A stretch of DNA of 64,000 bases from Eledone cirrhosa (Eukaryota): the NCBI GenBank assembly GCA_964016885.1, contig OZ024750.1, positions 27,900,001-27,964,000 of the forward strand, given 5' to 3'. The position numbers were made by a program, and so were the translations under genes. Numbering within the stretch: the first letter of the stretch is position 1; every line of letters starts with the position of its first letter. Below, in pieces: positions 54,497 to 64,000 of this stretch. A model generated the notes under the pieces. The model searched no databases, was not told where the DNA came from, and saw only the letters and a program-made list of their open reading frames with translations.

Positions 54497-54954
54497 AATT
54501 GTTTCTACTTTAGGCACAAGGCCAGCAATTACCCAGTGCATTACTGGTACTTTATTTTATCGGCCCCGTAAGGATGAAAGGCAAAGTCAACCTCGGCGGG
54601 ATTTGAACTCATTTGAATAAATAATGAATGAATATTACATAATTTATGTGGCTGTTGATTAAATATAGTTTATAGCTTATTTAAAGACCTTTAAAATTCA
54701 CTTCTATAACATTTTCAAATTTCAACACTTCTCGTTAGCGGCCATTATATTATAGGCATTATATAAAGGGCGGTGGATTGGCAATATCGGTAGAGGGTCG
54801 GACGCCATGCTTTCCAGCATAGTTACGTCCTTTTACGATCTGAGTTCAAATCCCGCCGAGGTTGACTTTGCCTTTTATCCTTGCGGGGTCGATAAAATAA
54901 AGTACCAGTGATGCACTGGGTAATTGCTGGCCTTGTGCCTAAAGTAGAAACAAT
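54497..54954. mobile_element. Two tRNA-SINE copies (54497-54611 minus, truncated; 54768-54954 plus), each with a TSD
   Basis: TSDs tttgaataaataat and attatattataggc. Confidence 0.85.
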
Positions 54955-55786
54955 TATATTATAGGCTCCCATTTTCAAGCTTCTATGACTTTCCAATTCT
55001 GTTCAAATGTTCAGAAATTGATCCAATCTTACCTCTAGCTCTCCTACAAGTTCTCACAGTTATGCGAGGATTTGCTTCCATCAAAGCATTCTTCAGAGGA
55101 CATAGGTGACTTTTCGTTGTGTGTGTGTGTGTGTGTGTGTGTGTCTGTGTGTGTCTGTGTGTCTGGGTCTTATATCTGACCCGATCACCATTTTATATTG
55201 ACTGTCTTCTAACTTGTGAGGTTCAAAGCCATATTTTCTTTGCTCATCTACGACGGATTCCAATTTCATTTCAATCTCTCTGTAAAACCAACGTTGCACT
55301 GTACATTCCTTCACGTTTTTTTTGCTCTACATTCCATTAATGTTTCTTGCTATTTTCGCTGCACTGCCGTGGATGTTAACTCATAGATATAAATTTGTCA
55401 TTTTGAATTAAAAAAATCTAAAAAATGACAAAAATGCAATTTATATTAAAACTGGTTACAAAGAAAAGAGCATAAAATAACCTTGAAAATCCACCCATTG
55501 CACTATGCTGACTGTCAATAATATAAGTTACTGTTTTCTCAGCATAAGTTCTAGATAATGTGTACAAGTAGGATAGCTTCCGAAATATTACATAATACCG
55601 CAACGCCAAAATAAACTTGATAATTTTGAATAAAATCTGAGCTAAACATCAATAAACCCCCTGAAATGTAACACCATTGCCAGATTAACCAATTCTGAGT
55701 AAATACAGTCATTCACCTTTGCTAAATTTAACACCCTGGTCCTCTTCCCGAGATAAGTCAATACAGTGTAGTCCTCTAAATAGTGT

Positions 55787-56025
55787 CTCTTCTTCTTCTT
55801 CTTCTCCTTCTCCGCCCGCCCACTTAGAGAGGGCTGTGGGGACGGAGTCCTCAAACACTCCCTCCAGCGAGTCCTGTCAGAAGTAATCGTCTCCAACTGA
55901 TTCGGCTGGATCCCCCAAGCGTGACCAGCCAAACTCGTGGATGTTATCTAGCCATCTTGCTCGGGTTCTATCCCTGCGTCTCCTACCTGTTGATTTTGCC
56001 CGTAAAATCTGTTCAATAGTGTAGT
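55787..56025 (-). mobile_element. RTE-clade LINE 3' end with (AAG)n tail
   Basis: EQILRAKSTGRRRRDRTRARWLDNIHE...IQPNQLETITSDRTRWRECLRTPSPQP. Confidence 0.75.
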
Positions 56026-56212
56026 CACTTGAATAAAAAATGATGGGGTGGTTGCAGTTGGAAGAGTTTGGATGATAGGTTTCGCTTTTTCTAGAGTAAA
56101 TCAATAAGCGCAACAATGTTTTCAGGGAGAGAGAGTACAAAAATAGCTGGTAATTTTAGTTTCACTAATTAAATGCGTCTAGTTCAACAATATCATTTAT
56201 TATTCAGGAAAT

Positions 56213-57027
56213 AATTGTTTCTACTTTTGGCACAAGGCCAGCAAATACCCCCCGTGCATTACTGGTACTTTATTTTATCGACCCGTAAGGATGAAAGGCA
56301 AAGTTAACCTCGGCGGGATTTGAACTCAGAATGGCAAGGGCCGTAACTCAATGCGTCAAAGCATGGCGTCCGACCCTCTACCGATACTGCCAATCCACCC
56401 CCTAATATTCAGGAAATAATGATTTCTGCTTCAGGCACAAGGCTAACAATTTTGGGGGAGGGAATAGTCGATTAAATCGACCCCAGTGCGTTACTGGTAC
56501 TTCATTTTATCGTACCCGTAAAGATGAAAGGTGAAGCTAACCTCGGCGGGATTTGAACTCAGAACGTAAAGAGCCGTAACTATATGCAGCTAAGCATGTT
56601 GTCCGACGCTCTACCGACATTGCCAATACCACGCCCTTGTTATTCAGGAAATTAGACAAATACTTGTTTCTACTTTAGGCACAAGGCCAGCAATTACCCA
56701 GTGCATTACTGGTACTTTATTTTATCGACCCCGTAAGGATGAAAGGCAAAGTTAACCTCGGCGGGATTTGAACTCAGATCGTAAAGGGACGTAACTATGC
56801 TGGAAAGCATGGCGTCCGACCCTCTACCGATACTGCTAAAATAATTGTTTCTACTTTTGGCACAAGGCCAGCAATTACCCAGTGCATTACTGGTACTTTG
56901 CCTTTCATCCTCACGGGGTCGATGAAGTAAAGTTAACCTCGGCGGGATTTGAACTCAGATCGTAAAGGGACGTAACTATGCTTGAAAGCATGGCGTCCGA
57001 CCCTCTACCGATACTGCCAATCCACCA
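56213..57027 (-). mobile_element. Cluster of four tRNA-SINE copies
   Basis: Four homologous units with shared TSDs. Confidence 0.88.
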
Positions 57028-57295
57028 AATACTGATTGATGGAACCATTAACTAAATTCTTTGCGATATTTTATTAATTATGTCCTAGCTTCCATTCCAG
57101 TTGAGCTCAACTTTGACTTTCCTTATTCTGGGACCAATAAACAATTCCCACTGAAGTATCATACCAGATTCGTCTAATCTAGTATAGCGCGTCACGTTCT
57201 CTGTGTGTCACTGTATTTCTTTCTCTCTCTTTCTCTCTCTCACTCTCTATCTCTCTCTCACTCTCTATCTCTCTCTATCTCTCTCTTTCTCTCTT

Positions 57296-57342
<47 letters not shown>

Positions 57343-57937
57343 CTATCTCTCTCACTATCTCTCTCTCCCTCTCTGTATGTCTCTCCCTCTCTGTATCTCT
57401 CTCTCTCTATTTCTTTCTCTCTCTATTTCTTTCTCTCTCTCTCTCACTCTCTCACTCTCACTCTCTCTTTCTATCTCTATATCTTTCATTCCCTCCCTCT
57501 CTCTCTCTCCCTCTCACCCCTCTCCCTCTCTCTCTCCCTCTCAACCCCTCTCTCTCACCCCCCCCCCCTCTCACCCTCTCTCTCCCTCTCCCCCTCTCTC
57601 TCCCTCCCCCACCCCCCTCTCTCTCTCTCCCTCCCCCCACCTCCTCTCTCTCTCCCTCACCCCCCTCTATCTCCCCCTCTCTCTCTCCCTCTCACCGTCC
57701 CCCATCTCTCTCCTCCCACCATACCACCCGCTCTCTCCTCCCACCCCCCTCTTATCCCCCCCTCTCCTACCACCAACCCCCCCTCTCTCTAAATGTCACT
57801 GTGTGAATGTCTCCGACTCCAGGTCAATCTGGTCCTATTCATCACGTGTAGCACGACTTAAATGTCGTACATTTAATTCTATATACGTAAGTTTAGTTTA
57901 GTTTAGTTTAGTCTTTATTCTCCAAGGACAGTGTTTG

Positions 57938-57997
<60 letters not shown>

Positions 57998-59291
57998 CAA
58001 GAAACACTACCATCATGTAAACAGTGCTGTTTGCATATTTATCGTTCTGTTTAAGTTTTGTTTTCAAAAATATATATTTACATGTTTATTTTGATATATT
58101 TATATGCATTCACTTTAATCCCACCAAGCGCCTTCGGGTTTTCTCATGTCTTTCAAGATGGCTGCTAGTGTGGTTGGCGCCGTAGCTACAATGTAATTCA
58201 TGTGTATAGGTGCCAGCTTTAGAAAGGAAACTCATCTGACACAATATACAAGCTAGCAATGTTTTTTTTCTTCTTCATCTAAGCTGTTTATCAGACATAA
58301 ATTGTTGTCCGAAACTGGCGCCATAGTGACGTCATATCATTCCAACTTCCTACCTGCATGTTTACATAAGAATTGATCATTATTAAATGGACACACACAC
58401 ACACATATACATATATACATACATTGATACACACACATTGACACACACACACACACACATATGCACATTCGTAGACACACATACTCATACGCACATTCAC
58501 ACAGATACATATATAATACAGATACATACACAGTCATATATTATAAAAAAAAATACATTATTGTGCATATACAAAACTGTGTGGATGTATGCATTCATAA
58601 GTAGAAACTCACACAACCATACTTAATTGGGCGAATACACACGATCATACTGTCATGTGTGGACAAACACACACAGCCATTCATATATATATTTCACACA
58701 CGCACACACGCACACATACATACACAGAAATAGAAATTCCGTTACATATCTATGTATATAAATATATATGTATTTATATGTATATATGTGTGTATATATA
58801 TATATATTCATATATATATGCATATATATATACACTAACAGACATACTGTCATATATATATATATATATATATATACAAGCCTTTTCTATATTAAATGTA
58901 ATAAATATATATATAAATATATATATAAATATATATATAAATATATATATATATATTTAATACAATAACAGAGAAAGCTTTAAGCTAAACTCTGACTGGC
59001 AACCATCTCACTCAACAAACATTAGGATATACGTTAGTATAATCCCAATTTAGTGTTTGGGGTGCTAACTCTATGTATTTTGTGGAAAGCCAGTTGTATT
59101 ATTTTATATGAGATATAATTAAAATTAAAATATGTCTCTCTTTATATATATATATATATACGTACACTCACACACATGTTGTCATAGATACTTTCCTACA
59201 AATTATATGAATTCCATGACGCCGAAAAGTTTTGACAGTTCGAATTTGTTTTCATTTAAAATCTATTCGAATTAGGTCTCTAACTTAGAAA

Positions 59292-59360
59292 TGGTTAGAG
59301 CAAGCTCAATGGTTAGAGCAAGCTCAATGGTTAGAGCAAGCTCAATGGTTAGAGCAAGCA
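59292..59360. repeat. 18-bp tandem repeat, about 4 copies
   Basis: Unit atggttagagcaagctca. Confidence 0.85.
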
Positions 59361-59510
59361 GCTGGTATATGATAGATAAGAAGTTCGACTCAACAGCGTT
59401 CAGTGGCCACACAATCTATCAACGCACTGTTGTGAGATGTACTGTCTTTAATACATCGAAACATCAGCGACTCACAGCTGTCCTTATGTTTGTGTTTCTC
59501 TTAAGTTTTC

Positions 59511-59546
<36 letters not shown>

Positions 59547-59786
59547 TGTGTGTGTGTGTGTGGGGGGGAGTATGACCCCGACGGCAGAGCTCAAGCCGTT
59601 TCGACAGCTATTTCTGGACTGAAATAGTCCAGAAATAGCCGTCGAAACGGCTTGAGCTCTGCCGTCGGGGACATACTTTCTCCTATTACCCACTCTACTA
59701 CCCTAAGTATTGAGTACTCTGGTGCGTTATGGTCCATATGGTTCCTTACCACAACTCCTTCGTTATATATATATATATATACAATA

Positions 59787-59957
59787 ATTGTTTCTACTTT
59801 TGGCACAAGGCCAGCAATTAACCAGTGCATTGCTGGTACTTTATTTTATCAACCCCGTAAGGATGAAAGGCAAAGTTAACCTCGACAGGATATGAACTCA
59901 GACCGTAAAGGGACGTAACTATGCTGGAAAGCATGGCGTCCGACTCTCTACCGATAC
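59787..59957 (-). mobile_element. tRNA-SINE copy
   Basis: Homology to dominant family. Confidence 0.85.
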
Positions 59958-60163
59958 AATAATGACCAGCGAAACTGTACAGTCGAGACATTGAAGAAAA
60001 AATAAGTATATATTTGTGTCAACTATTTCTTCTTACTTTATAATATATATATATATATTTTCTTATATATATTTATATATATATATATATATAAGTATGT
60101 ACATTAAATAGACACACTATTCAGTTTTTTAATATACTTAGAAGTGACCAGGATACTAATTCT

Positions 60164-60242
60164 TCACCCACTGAGAACAAGAATTGGTATTCCTCTTCAC
60201 AATTAATTTTACGAAACAGCATAGCCAAAGCTGTCCGGGTGA
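60164..60242 (+). ncRNA. Hammerhead ribozyme, 5' core mutated (family H)
   Basis: UCACCCA CUGAGAA [long stem II] GAAA CAGC-AUAGCCAAA-GCUG UC/CGGGUGA. Confidence 0.7.
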
Positions 60243-60649
60243 TTGGAAGTTACCACAATTCCGGTTTGTATTTATTTTCTTAATTTATTCTTAAATTGAG
60301 TCTGGAAAACCCTATTGTCTATAGTTAGTATTCTTTTCACCTTAGCGAATCTGGTCCCTTGCGATTTGAACACATATATGTATATGTCTGTTTGTTTTTC
60401 TTTTATATTCAATTATAAATGTATATATACATTTATATATGTGCATTGTGTGTACGTATATGTATATATATAAACATACATATATATATATACATTTATA
60501 TATGTGCATTGTGTACGTATATATATATGTAAATATGTATGTTACATATATAAATGTATTTATACATTTATATATGTGCATTGTGTGTATGTATGCGTAT
60601 ATATATAAACATACACATATACATACATTTATATATGTGCATTGTGTAC

Positions 60650-60685
<36 letters not shown>

Positions 60686-60805
60686 GTGTTAAACGATATT
60701 CAATGATTGTCAAAGAATGAGTTTTACAGTAGATTGAAAAATAATTTTCCGGAGTTATTAATATTAAAATATAAATATTAATAAAATAGATGTTCTTTTG
60801 ATCAA

Positions 60806-60866
60806 TTACATTTTATTATACATATTTCGGATGTACAACAGTACGTCCTCATCAGACAAAATATAA
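60806..60866 (-). ncRNA. Type I hammerhead ribozyme (left arm of palindrome 60767-61064)
   Basis: Minus: UUAUAUUUUGU CUGAUGA GGACGUAC-UGUU-GUACAUCC GAAA UAUGUA UA/AUAAAAUGUAA. Confidence 0.85.
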
Positions 60867-60964
60867 TGATACATGACATACCCTGAGATGTTAAATGGTT
60901 AAGATTTAATCACTACCTTGATTAAATCTTAACCATTTAACATCTCAGGGTATGTCATGTATCA

Positions 60965-61025
60965 TTATATTTTGTCTGATGAGGACGTACTGTTGTATAT
61001 CCGAAATATGTATAATAAAATATAA
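60965..61025 (+). ncRNA. Type I hammerhead ribozyme (right arm of palindrome)
   Basis: UUAUAUUUUGU CUGAUGA GGACGUAC-UGUU-GUAUAUCC GAAA UAUGUA UA/AUAAAAUAUAA; 11-bp stem I. Confidence 0.85.
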
Positions 61026-61063
61026 TTGATCAAAAGAACATCTATTTTATTAATATTTATATT

Positions 61064-61100
<37 letters not shown>

Positions 61101-61183
61101 ATAATAATAAATTTGAAGACTAAAATCCAAAGAGGGCTCGATAAGGATAAATATATATCAAATATATAAGAACCGCAGAGCAA

Positions 61184-62164
61184 ATATTTATTAAAATGAC
61201 AGATTAAAGTTTAAGCAAAGAATCGCTGCTTTCACCCTTAACGGGATCTTCTGAAACTAACAAAGTCAATCTGTAAACGCAGAAGTGGATATTTCAAAAA
61301 ACGTTGCAACCGAAGGAAGATAGGAAGACGATACTTTGGTTCGTGGAAACGTTCCCTGGCAAAGAACGGGGAAAAACGAATATAATACGTCATTAATAGG
61401 AGCGGGAAAAAACAATTACACGCAAAGACAGGACCACGTTTATGGTATAAAAGAAGTCGTAGCCTAATGTTCTCTTAGGTGGTTCATAGAGACGTTCTCT
61501 GGCAATGAACGGAAAAAACGAAGATAATACGTCATATGTGGAGCGTAGAGAACAATTACACGCAAAGACAAAACCACGTAAATGGTATAGCTGAAGTCGT
61601 AGACTAAAATTCTAACTAGGAAACCGAATGATTCTCCGCTTCAGAGTTAAGAATAAAGTAAATAAAATACAATACAGAGGTAATTGAAATGAAATAAATA
61701 CATACACGCGTCCAAATACGTACATACACAAGCATACGCGAAAACACTCGCCATAGATATACAAAACCACGCACATATAAATATGTGTGTGTGTGTGTGC
61801 GTGTATACAAATAAATAAATACGTATATAACAAGCGCACACACATACCTACATGTAAATACACAAATGTTCGGAGACGTACGTCAACCAAAACATGAAGT
61901 ACACATACATACACCCAACATACGTACGAACCCGCATACTCACACAGACGCAAAACTCCCGTATACACATAACCAAAAGCATATGTACCAGAATATATAA
62001 AAATATACGCCATAACATATACGCCATAAAATATACGCCATAACATATACAATCAAATATACGTACGAGAAAGTATACGTACCTTCACAAAACATACAGG
62101 TAATATACACTTACCTATGCAAATAAGCAGCGATTCTTTGCTTAAACTTTAATCTGTTATTTTA

Positions 62165-62172
<8 letters not shown>
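61184..62172. mobile_element. About 990-bp non-coding element with about 48-bp terminal inverted repeats and an internal direct duplication
   Basis: 61184-61231 inverted against 62125-62172; duplication 61349-61467 / 61492-61607; related fragment at 46565-46712. Confidence 0.65.
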
Positions 62173-62219
<47 letters not shown>

Positions 62220-62371
62220 AATGACAGTCGGGACATTGAAGAAAAAATAGGTATATATTTGTGTCTACTATTTCTTCTTACTTTATAATATATATATATA
62301 AGTATGTACATTACATACGCACACTATTCAGTTTTGTAATATACTTAAAATTAACCAGGATACTAATTCTA

Positions 62372-62449
62372 CGCCCACTGATGAGCAAGAAGTGGTATTC
62401 ATCATCACAATTAATTTTGCGGAACAGCATAGCCAAAGCTGTCTGGGTG
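62372..62449 (+). ncRNA. Hammerhead ribozyme, GAAA changed to GGAA (family H, second copy)
   Basis: CGCCCA CUGAUGA GCAAGA...UUUUGC GGAA CAGC-AUAGCCAAA-GCUG UC/UGGGUG. Confidence 0.75.
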
Positions 62450-62584
62450 ATATATATATATTTATGTATATTGTGTACCTATATATATGGACAGTATCAA
62501 CTTTCTTCGAATCGGCCCGAGGAAACACTGTCCATTGGTCTTTCAAATTGTTAATACTCTCTATCAGTCGCAATTCCAGATAGA

Positions 62585-62702
62585 TGGAGCAACGTGAAAT
62601 AAAGTGTCTTGAACAAGGACATAACACATCGCCTGGTCCGGGAATCGAACTCACAACCTCACGATTGCGAATACAGTTCTCTGACCACTCAGCCACGCGC
62701 CT
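62585..62702 (-). mobile_element. Head fragment of the second SINE family
   Basis: Homologous to 14152-14256. Confidence 0.8.
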
Positions 62703-62803
62703 TCACATATGTATGTATGTGTGTGTGGACATATATATATATAGAGTGAAAAGGGTTTTATTTACCTCTAACTGGCTTCCCTATAACGATTTTTTGTTAT
62801 CCC

Positions 62804-62904
<101 letters not shown>

Positions 62905-62966
62905 TGTGTGTATATATATGTGTGTGTGTGTGTATATATATGTGTGTGTGTGTGTATATATATATA

Positions 62967-62997
<31 letters not shown>

Positions 62998-63222
62998 GTG
63001 TGTGTGTGTATATATATATATGTGTGTGTGTATATATATATATATGTGTGTGTGTATATATATATATATGTGTGTGTGTGTATATATATATATATATGTG
63101 TGTGTGTATATATATATATATATGTGTGTGTGTATATATATATATATATATGTGTGTGTGTATATATATATATATATGTGTGTGTGTATATATATATATA
63201 TGTGTGTGTGTATATATATATA

Positions 63223-63253
<31 letters not shown>

Positions 63254-63429
63254 GTGTGTATATATATGTATATGTATATATATGTATATATATATATATA
63301 TCATAAAACATGTCTATAGAATCACAAGATAAAATATATACTATTTCCTCTCCCAATTAGTATAATTAACTATATAAAAAAATCGAATAGACCAGGCTAT
63401 AAGAATGAGGCTTCTATGAAGAAATCTCC

Positions 63430-63480
<51 letters not shown>

Positions 63481-63557
63481 ATATATATATGTGTGTATAT
63501 ATATATGTGTGTATATATATATGTGTATATATATATATGTGTATATATATATATGTG

Positions 63558-63602
<45 letters not shown>

Positions 63603-64000
63603 ATATGTGCATTTTATGTACGTACATATGTATGTACACATGTATTTTATTTATATTGTATATATTTTGTATGCATACATACATACATACATACATACAT
63701 ACATACATACATAGTATATAGATTATTGGTTACATTCTAATATAAATTCACATACATATCTTAACGATTTGTGGTTGCAGAGTAAATATATATCTGAATA
63801 TATATAGGTATAGATATAAATACACAATAAATATATATGTTTACATAAGACAAACAGTACACCCTTAAAATAATGGTTGGATTTCTTTACTGAATTTCGT
63901 CATTTATAGTGGCATGATCGTGATGTTACTGTTTGGTATTGATATGTGTATATATATATATATATATTGTGTGTGTGTACACATATATATTTGTGCAGGC

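Noticed and set aside
58150-58340. YY1-like CAAGATGGCTGC and CRE TGACGTCA motifs as a promoter
   Set aside because: Short motifs expected by chance in 64 kb, with no downstream gene evidence

Overview
Eukaryotic, very AT-rich, repeat-dominated non-coding DNA. The SINE families and the huge (TA)n/(CA)n load suggest a cephalopod, probably Octopus (inference). No intact protein-coding gene is supportable; almost all long ORFs in the track are microsatellite artefacts. Recognisable fossils are an internally deleted DD37D (maT) Tc1/mariner element, a mariner 5' fragment, an RLE-type (R4/Dong-like) LINE 3' end, RTE and Tx1/L1-like LINE ends, a hAT MITE and about 20 tRNA-derived SINE copies. The main signal is that much of the unique sequence between the (TA)n tracts belongs to about 9 unrelated small non-coding elements, each carrying a type I hammerhead ribozyme (HHR). 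These include two near-identical tandem arrays (310-bp and 463-bp units, one minimal HHR per unit), fold-back inverted pairs and dispersed copies. This architecture matches Penelope-like element (PLE) terminal repeats and non-LTR retrozymes. A 200-N gap at 35038-35237 appears to separate two copies of the same sequence, probably an assembly duplication.
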